From contig JALDTO010000098.1 of NCBI GenBank assembly GCA_023515725.1, positions 894,164 to 958,163 on the forward strand: a stretch of 64,000 nucleotides of DNA. Direction: 5' to 3'. The stretch comes from Amoeboaphelidium protococcarum X5. Lineage: Eukaryota > Fungi > Aphelidiomycota. This document shows, piece after piece, positions 11,073-25,300 of this stretch. The notes below the pieces were generated by a model that worked only from the letters and a program-made list of their open reading frames with translations, was not told where the DNA came from and searched no databases. Position 1 is the first letter of the stretch, and each line of letters begins with the position of its first letter. The position numbers and the translations under genes were made by a program.

Positions 11073-14000
11073 ATGGATGTGGAGTATGATGAGTTTGGTA
11101 ATCCAATTAATGCACCATAGTCTGTGGAATATGCTAGTGATGATGTTGAAAGATCTTAAATCGGCATGCATTAGCATCTGAGTATGGTAGATAATGATGA
11201 TGACTATGGACAATAGAATAATATGGACACGATATAGTACAGGAGTATCAATTAAGAAGAAGATTATGAACAAGTGAGAATGGATGAAGATACTTAGCCC
11301 ATCACGTAGCCTATTATTGAGCCATTGAAGGAGTTGAAATTTGAGTTACGCGACTCGCAGGTGCCCCAGTATAGATACTCTATGGATTACATGTAATAGC
11401 TTCTCTCCAATCCAGTCAATATAAGAAATGTTTGTCTAATTGGACCTCTCCACTCTGGTAAGACTTTGCTGGCAGGCATTCTGATTAACAGCTGTATGTT
11501 CTTGCAGTAAGTGAACTAAAATTAGTAGAATCACGTTAATAGTATGCCATTTATTGATATCCATAGTGATAGTCGCAAAGAGCATCCAACGCTGGGTAGA
11601 TATTTGGATAATCTGTTTATGGAAAGAAGTCGCAGGATTAGTTTAGATGCTCATCCTATTACTCTAATGCTTCAATCTTACAAGAGAGATGGAAAGAGAT
11701 ATGCGGTGAATTTGATGGATACACCTGGCCACCCCGATTTTATGGCACTTTTGCCTGGATGTGCTCTGCCACTGAGTGAATGTGCAGTCCTGGTACTTGA
11801 CGTGTGTGAAGGTGTGACTTTGAGTGCAGAGAAGTAGATTGAGGCGTGCTTGCAATCTAATGTCCGCCTTGTTCTATGCGTTAACAAATTGGATAGATTA
11901 ATCTTGGAACTGCGCTTGCCTCCAGCTGATGCTTATCACAAAATTCGGCATTGCATTGAGTAAGTTAATCTGGTGATTCGTGATTATTTTAAGGAGAGGG
12001 GAGATGGAGTCGTCGTCGATAGTATGTGGGAGTAGTATAGAATTAGCCCAGAATTGAACAATGTCCTTTTTGCATCTGCTCAGTATGGATCTATGTTTAC
12101 GCTGTCATCATTTGCTTCAATTTATGCTACTAGGTGCTGGTAGAAAGGTTCAAAGAACCTGAATTTGTAAGAATTTACCCGGCGATTATGGGGAGATTTG
12201 TATTATAATCAGGATAGCCGCAAGTTTACCAGACAGTAGAGATTAGAAGGTTAAAGTAAGAAGCTGGAGCGGTCGTTTGTTCACTTTATACTGAATCCTT
12301 TGTATAAGGTGTTTAGCAATACTCTGGTGGCGGAGAAGAGGCGGTAACTTAATCGCATCGTAACAGAAGGGTTGAAGATGGCTCCGAAAGATGTCAAATT
12401 TAAGGCTCTTGAAGGTAATGCTCGACCTCAATTGAGCAAGATATTGCAGGCTTTCTTTGGTGATAGTTCAGTGGGAGCTTTCGCAGACTTGGTGGTGGAT
12501 AATTCACCTAGTCCTATTTAAGAATCAGCCATAGCGAGATAGTAGAGTCTTATAGCTGTTGACAGTCTTCGCCCAGTATATTCCAGTTCCAATACTGATG
12601 GTCCATTGATTATTAGAATTGCTAAGCATATTCCAAACAAGGATGGAAAGTCATTTAGTTTATTTGGACGCGTTATAAGTGGCTAGTTGACTGCGGGTGC
12701 GCGATTGTCGTACATTGATGGTTTCGATTCCAGCTCTGGCGTATAGACGGTGACTGTACAGAATGTATGGCTATATTAGACGCGACACCGGATCCCCGTA
12801 AAGTCATTGGGTGTTGGATCATGGGCACTCTTTGATGTCGTTGTTATGAAATAGTCTCCAGGTACCGTTAATGCAAAGTACAATCTTCTAATTGGCTCTT
12901 CTGAATTGTTTAAAGATTCGCTAGACACCAACTAGATTTCAAGTATCAACTTCAATCATAATACTGTGAATAATACTAATAATGTAATGTCCTATTGGAA
13001 GATTTGTATTGAGCCACTGGTTGCATCAGAACTGCCACAAATGATTGAAGCACTGAAGTTACTGTAGAAAAAGTATCCGGCGTTAGTTGTCCAGGTTGAA
13101 GAGTCTGGAGAACACGCTCTTCTCGGTACAGGTGAGCTGTACATGGACTGTGTGATGAGTGACCTGAGAAATGTCTTTGGCCAGATTGAGGTGCGTGTCA
13201 GTGATCCTATGGTTGTATTTCGTGAAGGTATTGAGGACAGGTCGCCGCTTAAGTGTGTAGCCGAGTCTCTAAACAAAAAGAATCGGATATATATCACTGC
13301 AGAACCAATGTCTGCTCAGTTGGCACAAGACTTGCATGATGGCCGTATTGATTTGAGAATGAACAAGAAGGAGCTGAGGAAGCTGCTGGAGAATAAGTAC
13401 GGCTGGGATAAGTTGATGAGTAGGAACATTATAGCATTCGGTCCTGAGAATGGAAGACCAACGAATGTGTTAATCAATGACACCATACCGGAAGATGTTG
13501 ATCAGGAACTATTACTATCGATAATCAATGATCTCAAGCTGGGTTTCCAATGGGCATGTAGAGAAGGTCCGCTTTGTGAAGAGCCACTTCATGGAATTGT
13601 GTTCAAGTTGATTGACTTGCAGTTAGCTTCAGAATCGGCTGATGATAGAAATGCCAACTAGATAGTACCGGCTATGAGAAGAGCTGTGTACACGGCACTC
13701 CTGCTCTCCACACCCAAGTTAATCGAGCCAATGTACCAGGTGGAAGTGCAGTTGCCTCATGATGCGCTCCCCGTGGTTTATACTTTGTTGAAGCGCAGAC
13801 GTGGTCAGATTAGTCGAGAGACGCCTATTGCTGGCTCCCCTCTTTATTAGGTGCGTGCCACATTGCCCGTCATTGACTCTTTTGGATTTGAAGTTGATCT
13901 GAGATCGCAGACCAGGGGAGAAGCGTTTGTCCAGATGATATTCAGTCATTGGCAATCCGTGCCTGGGGATCCTCTGGACACAAGTGTTGTCATCAAGCCT

Positions 14001-14141
14001 ATGGAAGCATCACCTGTTTAATACTTGGCGAGAGATTTCATGTTAAAGACTAGGCGCCGTAAAGCTCTGTCTGACGATGTTTCTATTGCTTAATACTTTG
14101 ACGATGCTATGCTAACAGAAATTGCCAAGTAAGATTTGTGA
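11073..14141 (+). CDS. SNU114: U5 snRNP GTPase Snu114/EFTUD2 (1022 aa)
   Basis: [10 protein letters not shown] start, [93 protein letters not shown]. Confidence 0.95.
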
Positions 14142-14244
14142 ACATTGTAGATTGAATCTATTCTATTACATCCTAATATACAAGTCTTGATGTCTTTCGA
14201 TCGATAATAAATACCAATTTTACAATAAACAACAACTAAATTTA

Positions 14245-16185
14245 TCACCGCCAAATACGAACAGTCTTGTCTGCACATCCACTTACGAGGAATTGGTCAG
14301 AGCAGGTGAGAGCATGAACGTATCCAGAGTGACCAGTGAGAGTCATATTACACGATACATTACGAAGATCCCATCGCTTTATCTAATGATCAAAACTAGC
14401 ACTAAACAGAGTATTCCGACCAGCATATTAAATCTACCACACCTCCCAGTTATGGCCTATTAGAGTACCAACTTTCCTGATTGTTCGTGGATCAAAAATC
14501 TCTATAGTTGCATCATAAGTACTGGCGAATACAAGTCCAGCTCCACTAGATACATCAAGCACTTCAGAGCCGGTATTCTCAATTCCACTTATCATAGATG
14601 GAATGACATTGCCTGACTGCCCAGATAGTTGTAAAGTAGTGGGCAGTGTCAGAATACATTCACCTCGCTCAACATCCCACAACTTTATCGTACGATCGGA
14701 TGAACCAGATACAATCTTCAGACCGCTACTAGCTACCTACTACGATTAAGGACTTTAACTACTAGAATCGGAATATTCTTCATTTTAGAATTCAGATAGA
14801 CAGTTAACATTCTCCTAATGTTCCGTAAAGATACTCAAACAACTGTTATTATTATCAGTGTTATCAAGTGGGTTGAGATTATAATGTCTCCCGCTGTCCT
14901 TCCATACTCTGACCGTCCGATCAGACGATGATGAAAACAGCAGGTCATTAATGGACAATAGAGCATAAATCTTTCCCTCATGACCTCTAAATTCTGAGCG
15001 TTGTCTATATTTCAACGATTATGATTATTATGATAGTCTAGATGTTGAAGACGACTCTTCAGGGTCAGTAGATACCGTCTCAATATCCCACACTTTAATA
15101 AGCTTATCTGATGCACCACTGTACAAAGTATTGCTTCGTTGATTCCAAGCAAGACTCCAAATTGTGCCATTGTGAGCATTGAGCACTGAGTCTGACTATA
15201 TCTGATCAACTTTATTTGAACCTGGAATCAAAGGTAATACATTTCCATTAGTAGTGTCAAATGCCAAAATCTATCCATGATAAGATCCACTGAATACTGC
15301 AGATTCATTAAGGGCCAGACTTAGACTAGTGACACCACCTTTATGCTCTCTAATAACAATCTCATCTTTAATGGACTGCTTCGTAGCAATGTCATTATTA
15401 TTACCATTTTAATGAACCTCAGCTATATCACGACTGCGACCACGTCCAGATTAGTTATATTCAACCCCATTGCCTTGTTATTCGTGGTCAGAAGCAGATG
15501 ATAATGATGATGAAGATGTGCAAGATTCATCCTGCTCTGCCTATATGTGTTAATCCATCTAGACATCATTTAAATCTAATCTAGTCTTGTTAGTTCGAAC
15601 AAATTCTCTTATTCTATTCAACTCTTTATTTTGACGGCGAACTTTATCCTAAAGATTTTATATCTCGGCTTGAAGTGGATTTAATACTTGCTTCAACTGC
15701 GCAATAGTACAGCTGACACTATGCCTATCACTTTCTTCATACTGCAATCTGGTGCCAGTCCACTGACACTTGATAATACCGCATACTTCATTCGTACATT
15801 CTACTCGGGAATAGGGACACTAGTTAATAATATGATTGTTAATTTAGTCAAAGCTGATGCGCAATTAACATCCATCGTTGGGACATTAAACTAATTACTC
15901 AGACACCAATTGTTTTAATACCAAGTTGGGTGCATAATTATTGATCACCTGTCTGCATATTGCACATTATGGTCTCTAACTCCGATCTGACGACTGATTA
16001 TTAGTATAGTTATTATTGAATGAGAAGATGACAGACTATAGACACTCTCCACAAATTGAATGACCGCAGTCCATCAGCAGTTACGGATTATGATACGGCA
16101 CAGTGCAAATGGGACATTACAAACTACTCGACAAGTCAACAAACTACGCAGTTCCCTCATTGACCAAAGCACTTACAACTTGCAT
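14245..16185 (-). CDS. RING - TRAF-type zinc finger - coiled coil - WD40 protein, TRAF7-like E3 ligase (646 aa)
   Basis: RING CPIC...DCGHSICGEC...CAIC, then CPYSRVEC...CQWTG...HSVSC, a coiled coil, and multiple WD repeats (SGASDKLIKVWD, SSSSDRTVRVW, SGSSDRTIKLWD, SGCADKTVRIWR-stop). Confidence 0.8.
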
Positions 16186-16329
16186 TTCAACTTCAGAAAT
16201 CAGCCTACTTATCAACAATTTCAGAACAATGAAATTTTAGTGTAAGTGAGAGTTAGAGATTAAGAATAAGATTGAAACGTTCACCTGAAGAAGGAAGAAG
16301 GATATTAGCGATTTAAAATAAACGCGGCG

Positions 16330-16359
16330 TCTCTCTCTCTCTAAGTAATGTCTCTCTCA
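16330..16359. repeat. Short (TC)n microsatellites upstream of the TRAF7-like gene
   Basis: tctctctctctct at about 16330-16342 and tctctctc at about 16351-16358. Confidence 0.7.
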
Positions 16360-17027
16360 GCATAACTCTGAGCTTACTGTATACTGGTAGATTAAACGAC
16401 CAATAAGAATTCGTAAGATAAAAGGAAACAATTAAGACTACTCGCATTAACAGTAAACAAAAAAGGTTTTAATACATCACATAAAGGATAATCAAAATGT
16501 AGTCATTCCCATCGTTTCTATTTGTTGGGATTAACTCGATATGATTCGTATTCTTCCCAGTTGAAGAGAGATATTTCATAGTCTGTGCCAATCCCATAGA
16601 AAGACAACGAGCGCGTCTCGTCTTAGAGACAGAGAGTGTCATCATCACCGATATTAATTATTAGGCTTGAAGTCTTGCTCTTATGGGGAACGTGATAAAT
16701 CTTTAAAATATTCAGCTTTTAGAGATTTACATTGCCAAACATAATTTTCCATTAATTATTTTGCTGGATATGCTTTTTTATTTCTTCTATGCACATTTCC
16801 CGGAAAGCTTATACTTGCTATTATTCATCAACATTGTGAACAACCAGCGTCTTGAATGTCTGATACTCAAAATTCTTAATCACCCGAACAGTTATAGAAT
16901 TGATCATATTATTTAATTCTTGCAACATTTATAGAAGGATACCAATTCAATAAATTAGTCAAAAGCTATAATTATTAATTCACTCAATGGAATAGTTCTG
17001 TACTTGGTAAGGAAGAGAGCGACTGGC

Positions 17028-17115
17028 AGAGAGAGAGAGAGAGAGAGCGTTTCCTTCAGACTTGACGCGCGTCGTTTGTTCTTCCAAAGCATTTTCTCTC
17101 TCTCTCTCTCTCTCT
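17028..17115. repeat. Inverted (AG)10 ... (TC)10 microsatellite pair flanking the palindrome GACGCGCGTC
   Basis: (ag)10 at 17028-17047, (tc)10 at 17095-17114, palindrome at 17064-17073; ends about 40 bp upstream of the NDUFV2 ATG. Confidence 0.85.
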
Positions 17116-17155
17116 TTCTGAGATTTTTCTGATCAATTTATCAAGCGGTGACGAA

Positions 17156-17932
17156 ATGCCATTACCATCATAGTTGAGATTTGCAATATCCGGACTGCGC
17201 GGTATAGTTTAGTAGAATGTTGCTCATACTAGACTGGGGAACAGCAGCCGTAGTATTATCAAGTAAGTGAGAATGTACTCTGATGTTCTCGCTCTGCATC
17301 GAGATAGTCCCGAGAATAATGCTACGGTCAAGTTTGAGTTCAATGCTGATAATAAGAAGCGCGCCGAGGACATCATTGCCAAGTACCCTGCGCAGTACAA
17401 GAAGGCTGCAATTATTCCTCTTCTGGATCTGGCGCAGCGATAACATGATGGCTGGCTCCCACTCGCTGCCATGAACCATGTGGCCGAGATTGTCCAGGTT
17501 CCTCCGATGAGGGTGTACGAGGTGGCTTCATTCTACACAATGTTCAATAGAACCCCTATCGGAAAGTATCACATCCAGTTGTGTACTACTACACCATGTC
17601 AGTTGAATGGATCTCAAGAAATTCTGGATATCTTGCAGTAGGAATTGGGTATAGGGCCGGGCGAGACTACCGCTGATGGAATGTTCACTCTGAATGAGGT
17701 GGAATGTGCTGGTGCGTGTGTTAATGCTCCTGTATTTGCAGTCAATGATAATTATTACGAGGATCTGACAGCGGAAACTACCAAGATGGTTATTGATGCG
17801 TTTAGAAAGGGTGAAGGTGAAAAGATTAAGCCTGGTCCAATTAATAGCGGTAGAAAGTGTTGCGAACCGAAAGGCAAGTAAACAACCTTGGTGGGAGAAG
17901 TTCCCATGTACAAAGTTAGAGATGATTTATGA
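17156..17932 (+). CDS. NDUFV2: NADH dehydrogenase (complex I) 24 kDa subunit
   Basis: Mitochondrial presequence, then [67 protein letters not shown]. Confidence 0.96.
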
Positions 17933-18017
17933 TTATTGTGAAGATTAAGCATAATTATTATAAGCAATCTTTGATAACTAACATGCACCTAGAATCGACT
18001 ATCTCTTTATAATCAAT

Positions 18018-21000
18018 TCAATCCTGTATTTACAATTCATCAATAATCGAGTCAAGTAGGAGCAAAACCAATTTTCGATTATTATCCTTGGACTATAGCT
18101 TCTCAAAAATCTTCTTGAATCCCTCAGCAGTCTATTCCCATCCGAGAATCTTGACAAATGAATCTGGCAGAAGGTGGAGCAACTTATTTCTGGCATCTAT
18201 TTTGGCACGTAAATCTTCACTAGAGGATCGCTTTAACTTCAGATTATTATGATTAAAATCGCTATCATTTACACCGAGCAATGATTTTGAATTAGCCACG
18301 TTCGTCGTAATGTTGCTTTAACCTTCATCTTCTTCTTCATCATGAAATATCTAACTGGAATCATCAACATCATACGCTGGTTCTACTAACACTTTTAACT
18401 AATTATCGCGCAACGATTAGGCTTAATCTCGCTTCAAACCATCATTTTATCCAAAAAAATCACCACTATCATGCCTCCTAGGCCATATCATGTCCACTTT
18501 CTCAATCAAAAAATCAAAGGCCTTCACCCAACAATCTTCGCTAATCACGAAATTAAGAGCCTTCTGTATGTGCAACTCTGTGCTGGTAACACTGCGATGT
18601 GCAAATACTCCGCGCTTTAACAACAGCAATGCAGCACTTTCTCTCAGTAAAGCATTACTCTCTTTGAATTAAAAGATATTTAACAACGCCTCACATATTG
18701 GCTGAGACAAGGACGTGAATTTGGTATAGCTGTAATCATTACTACCAGGCAGTTAATCCTCAGACAACTTTTCAAGGTTAGCGCTGTGTTAATGAGAGGA
18801 AGTCTTAGAAAATACAGAATTGGCTACTGAGCTACCACCAGCCGAGAGTCCTCTATTACGATACTCATCCTAGTCCGGACTCATTCTTCCTTCACCACCA
18901 TGATCGTCAATGGAACCAAGTATCATTTCATCAGAAGCGACGGATGTGGCTCTTTCACTGAATCTGTCAGTACTTAATGCTCTAATAGAATTTTTGCTAG
19001 GAGACAAATCAATATCCTCTTCATAAGGAGATTAAAGCATGTCTTATATCTGTTCTTAGCCACCTGATGGTTTACTCTGATCAGTATCAGAATAATCATC
19101 AATCTACATTGCAATTAAATGACTGCTCCCTTCTTCGCTGCTACTGCTAACCGCACTAAATCTATCACTAGGAGATGATGAAGAGTTAAAACCTGCAGAT
19201 ACGAGAGGATGGTTCTTAGTACTAGATTGTGTGCCCGACATCATCCTATTGAGCTATTTGAAAGGTGATACTGAGCGAGTGGATTCAGCCAGGGCTGTTA
19301 TATGTTCAAACAGAGGGCGCCTTTCTCTTTCTCTTTCTCCTGCTGTACTCTGACTACCACCACCACTAATAGTTTTAGGACTATTCGGACCAACAAGAAG
19401 GCTGGCCAACTACTAAGCAGGATTCTTTCGCTAACCAGAATTACTGCCAGATCCAGTACTATTGTCTGATTCTAGCAGTTTCGCCAACTTGGCAGATCGC
19501 CTAGCCAATGGACCTTGTCGATGCCATTTGCCTTCATTCAGGAACTCTCTCAATTCCCTACTCTGACTGATAGCCTCGTCCTCAATAAGAAACTACAAAT
19601 ACTTGACCACTGCCAAGTATCGCTCCCTGTTAAAGTCTTCAGATCTGATGCGCGGTATGAGATTCTTGTTGTTCAACTCGAGCAGTTTCGATATTCCTTA
19701 CATGTCCGTAAGCACATCATACTACTCGCGTAACACTTAATTCAAACTCACAAAATCGCCGTATCTTCTTGGTACAATCCAACTTTTAGGAAGCTACAGC
19801 TAAACATCCGTCCGCACAACGTCCAAAAAGTAAACACCATCCCTGGCATTCTGAGATGGAGTAACAGCGACAGACCACTTAACTTTTCTAGTGAAATCAT
19901 AATCACTCTGATGTCCATCCAATAGATTATCAGAATGTTCTCTCAACATCTTCCTCTCAGTTAGATCCAACAACTACTTCCTAATCATCTCGGCGCATCT
20001 CTTGTAAACTTTGATTCTGAATTGGTACTTTTATTATTGGATGTCTTTCTTCATAAGATAGTCAAGCAATGCCAGTTATTTGTTATAAACGTCAATCTTG
20101 ATACTAGCTGGCACCAAATCGCTATCATTAGACAACTAGGACTCAGCATACACAGGAGTAGATGCTCGCATTTAAGACTTTGCAATACCAGAGGTTGGCG
20201 TCGGTGCACCAGGAGAGAGAAACTTTGGTCGCGGCAATGAAATTGAAGGTAGAAAATTGTCAAGACTCGGCGCTCGCCACTGATGCCCACTTCTCTTCCC
20301 GCTGACGTTATCGAGAGACATTGCAGATGGATTGCTGAGCAGAGGAGTCATGGGAGACTGAGATTCCAGATCAGGACTCAGAATCACTCGCTTCATTAGC
20401 CTTCGCAAAGTAACAATCATATCAGATTTCTCAATGTCCTCTTCAGTTTGCTTAAGCATAGGCGTATTCTCGTCATTAGGAGCAGATGAGCCATCCATCG
20501 CCCCATCAATAGATGATCCACTAACAGGACTAGAAAATTACACGCTATGACCATATTCATATTCACTACTCTTCATTTTGATATAGTATTCACTCTTAAT
20601 AAACTGCGACAACTCATTTCGATTTAAGTCATCAACTATTTCATTCTAAGCATCTGAGAGAGATGAGAAATCCAGTTAATCAGACAGATTGGATGAACTT
20701 TACTCCATGCTATGCTGCAGTTACTTCAACCTTAGAATGGTGGCGGAACGAAGCAACAAATGAATTCCAGGAGAAGATTCAGTATTACCGCCAGAAGTCA
20801 AATAAGATTAACACAACTTGAGATAAGCCGACTTCACCTCCTTCCACAACGTATCATCCATCTCTACATCATCAATGGGGACCATATCAAGTACAGACTG
20901 AGCGTCTAACCAAAATTTGACTTTATTCTCAGCGCCAGTCTCTTGCAAGAACTATAGGAAATAAAACAATTTCTCGCCCTTCTTCTAATGGTAATCCATC

Positions 21001-22094
21001 AGCACCTTCTTCAACTACTCCTTCTCTTCTGCTGACTAGCTCAACTCGAAAAGACTTCCACCCACCGAGTTCATACCAGATGTGTCCATGTCCTCGCTAC
21101 TATCGCCACTTTCCAGCACTTTGATCCGCTTCAAGTATTTATTCAACGTGATTCCCAGCTGCTTATAATACTTATCGTAGAAGTCGTCTATGGAAAGCAT
21201 TTTCTTATTCTACACCTCGATGTAATTAGTCTTCATCTGAGCAATCTCTATATGAAGATTGTAGATCACTTGCTGGGCATCGATGGTGGACTTGCAACGC
21301 TTAACATTCTTCAATAAAGAGTCCAAATACTTTTACCGATCAGCCCAGTCTTTCTAATCTTCGGACGAAGAATAGTTCATATCACCATTGATCTCAGCCT
21401 TGCTCAAATATTCTTCATCCGAAAGTGGGAGATATGAATTCCATAGAGCACCGAGTAACGCTAGAAGCCTCTTGGATTAGGAACTAACAATTGCCTACTT
21501 TTCAGCAACTTCAACAATAACATCATTGATCACCTGAGGTGAGGAATAATGACCAAGCAGAATATTAGCGAATCGCTCCGTAATTGGCTGAAAGCATTTA
21601 AGTAATAGAGGGTCTTACTAGAACAAGTCCATATTTCTAAACAACTTACAAATGATAGACGAGATATTCAACTCGCCAAAATTATCCAGATACTGATCGT
21701 TTTTAAGGTAGTTTAGCAAATGTCTAGACACAGTGTAGTACAGCCGCGATACAGTCTTTTATGCACGAAATCTTTCAGTCTGATTTTTCATATGGGAATA
21801 GAGGAGGCCACAGCATCTTACTATAAGAATTCGTTGCATGGGATTTGTTACAGAAGAGTTGATCAAGTTTTATATCTTCAGCCACAACTCGTCATCCTAA
21901 AGCAGACTTAAGTGATCTATTTCTTTCTCACATTCAGCTGACAAATCAATTGCAGAGTTGAATATAATAGATTCCCGTTCTTCAAATTAATCCACTGCCA
22001 CGCGCTATCTAGCCAATTATCTCTGTGCCAAGTATCCCACACCCAGAAACGCCATTACAAGGAAACATAACACATTAAACAGAAACCAAAACAT
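18018..22094 (-). CDS. PXA-RGS-PX-Nexin_C sorting nexin (SNX13/14/25, Mdm1-like)
   Basis: N-terminal TM segment, PXA region (DFVHKRLYRGC; HYSSPQVINDVIV), RGS-like (FYFLQFLQE...VKFWLDA), PX (WIVPRRYGDFVSL), Nexin_C (LLPDSFVKILG...LQSKDNNRKLVLLLLD). An alternative in-frame ATG lies at 22310. Confidence 0.82.
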
Positions 22095-22347
22095 TGTAAT
22101 CTCTCCTCTCACTATCTTATAACTAAGTAAATATACTATGTGACAATAAAAAGGACAGAAAGACAACACTATAAACAGAGCTCTACTGGAATTTAAAGTG
22201 GTTCCATAGACAGTAAAATAGAAAAGACTGCGAGAAAGAGAGAAGAATTTCCTGAACACAACAAGCGACAAGAGCGCGTTCCGCAAGAATAAAAAGCAAT
22301 AAAAACACATTCAGAAGAACTTGTTTCAGTAGATATAACATTCATAA

Positions 22348-25300
22348 TCATTCTTCGTACTGGGAAAGGTCGAGAGTGAATACTTGACTGGATCTGGCAG
22401 CCTGGTCGCGACATATTCCTACTAAAGCCTCGGACTTTTCGTAGAACGTATTCTTCAATGAGATGACTATGAATTGAAAGTCTTGATTGGCAGCACCCTT
22501 GATGTAGTTTGCCACCTTGGACACATTGGCATTATCCAGCGCGGCATCAACTTCATCCAACACAAAGAATGGAGCCGGATGATAAGAGTGGATGGCAAAC
22601 AGGAGAGCAAGTGCGGCCACAGTCTTCTCGCCGCCACTAAGCTGCTCCATATCTCTGAATCTTTTCATTGGAGGCATTGCATGGTACTTGACACCCTCCA
22701 AGTATGGTTCCTCGGTGTTTTCCAGAGTCAAATAAGCAGTACCACCAGACAACTGATTGCGGCTCTTGGTCAGTTACTTATAAATCGTGTCAATACATTC
22801 ACTGATGTGAGTAAACGCCTTTACGAATAGATCGATACGTCTGCGACGAACAGCTAGAAATTGATCGCGGACTTCTTTAGCTTTGCGTCTAGAGGATTCA
22901 AATTCCTCTGCAGTCTCCTTCAGTCTGTTCTCAACTCCATCCATGCGATCAATTGCCTTCAAGTTGGGTGCCATTCTTTCAATCTCAACTCCAATTTCTT
23001 TCAGACGGTTCTATACACTCAATTCAACATCATTAGTCGCATCCTGTTTCATCTCAGCAGGTAAAGCGCTGTAATCAATTTAGATCGAGACGACGGATTA
23101 CTCAGTAGACAATGGCTTAGAAAGGAGGGATTCCATTCCTGGTTCAATTGACATTGAATCAGTTAGCATTGCGCTGGATCCTTCGCGCTCAGTCAGATCC
23201 ATCGGAACGTTCTCCAACGACCCATTAAGCAGAGGAATATCAATCTCTTCCAGCTTGCACTTCTTCAACAAATCATACCTTGATGCAGCGAGAGAATCCA
23301 GTCGAGTCTCGCAAGTCGTTACCTCTTTTAGCATTTAAGTAAGGTCATTGCTGCAGGCATTCATGGCATTCTTTAGAACACTCAGCTGATCAAGAAGAGC
23401 TTGAGATTGCTTCTTCATATCTGACAATTACGCCTTCTCCTTTTAAATCAGCTACTCACGATCCTTCTTTCCTGCTTACAAATCTTTACTTTTAAGCTCC
23501 AGTTCTTGAAGACGTGTACTTTCCTTTTCAATCTACTCATTCGTACTCTCAAGCTTTGAGTTCAATTTCTGCAACTGGATCTCCGAGAAGCTCAGCTCGC
23601 TCTGAAGCTTTGTCTTCTAAGACTCAAACTCGACTCTCTTGTCAGCGATATCTCGATTGACTTTGATGTTGTTCTCCTCGTACTCTCTTATATTCTCAAT
23701 GCCCAAAGACTAACATAATGACTGAAAGGACTCTGCTTCCCTTAAGATGACAACTGCATTCAGAGATTCCATCTGATCTTTAATTTTAGCTACAGATGAC
23801 TCATGCTGTTACAAAGTGCGGACATTCTCATCAAGACTCTTCTATTGCACAGAAACTTCATCCATTAGAGCGGCCATCTTGCGCTCATAAACAACCAAAT
23901 CTTCTTGAACCAACTACAACTTGCTTTACAACTATACAATCTAATTCTTCAAGTCGTCTTCATGAGCCAGCTTCCTTTTTTACTTTACCAGAGCTTCCAA
24001 ATCAGACTCATACTTGCCGCGAGCCTTAAACAGATTCTCCAACTCCTGCTCTTCCCACAGAGAACTTTTATTGCCGGAAGACTGTAAAGTACCACCAGTC
24101 ATCATACCTGATTTGTGGATGATGGACCCATCAATAGTGACTGCTTTTACACCATGACCTTGACGGAAGCACACATCACGAGCCACGTCCAAATTATCAC
24201 AAATCACGGTATTTCCACACGCATACTCAATGGCTTTAACTATACTCCTGTCAAAGTTCAACACATCGAAGCACAGACGAGTACCTTTTCCCAAAGATCG
24301 AAACTTCTCATCGATAGCCTTAGATTTCACAGAGTCCAAAGGAATAAAAGTTGCCAAGCCAACGCGCTGATCCTTCAAGTATTGGATGCATTCCATGGCT
24401 ATTGCTGAATTATCAACCACAACTGCATCCACGTTCTTGCCAAGGATAACCGTGATTGCCTGTTCATATTTGCGATGAGTTGGCTAAACAAGATCAACCA
24501 GACGGCCTCTAACACCTGGAAAGATTCTTTTCAGCGAGTTTATGGAATCTTTGAATCTGGCTGTCCTTTCCATCTCCTTCTGATCGTACTTTGCCTAAGT
24601 CAATTTGTTATAAACATCAGCCAGACGCTCCTCCAACTCCTTCTCTTGCTGTGTCAACTTCTGTCTCTACTGTTCATTGGCTCTCTGCAAATTGGTCTTT
24701 TCAGCATAAGATTCTGTAAACTCCTCCTTCTTTCCTTTTAAATCTTCAACTTTCTACCTGCAGATTTTCAGTTCATGCCTCAAATCACCAAGACGAGATT
24801 CAGCTTGCTAGACCAATTAATCAACTTGCTGCTATTGTTCGCTCTCAACATCGAACTGAAGTTACAGAGTCTCCAGTTCCTAGAGTTCCGTGGCACACAC
24901 CAAGTCAACTTGTTCGCGAATTTGCGTATACTATTGCAACTAGTCCTCAGTCAGATTCATTCCACTCTTTCTTGCATTACGGCGCGTGGACTCTTCAAAT
25001 CTATCTGCTGCCTTAATAACGGAATTCAACTACTTTTACAATTCTGCGATGTTGGCATTAAGATTCTTGAGCTCCTCTTCAGATTGACTTTTGGAATCTT
25101 GGAGAGTCTTCAGTTTCTTTTGCGAGTGCGCCAACTACTCTTTCAACTTCAACTAGTTGGACGATTCTCCATTGACATCGGACGATCTTTTGTTGAGAGA
25201 CTTTTCCAACTTCAAAGATTCCTTGTGCAATTTACCGTGTTCTTTTCTAGCCTCAAGCAGTTCAGACTCCAATTTAGAGCGCGCTTTTTGCTACTAATTC

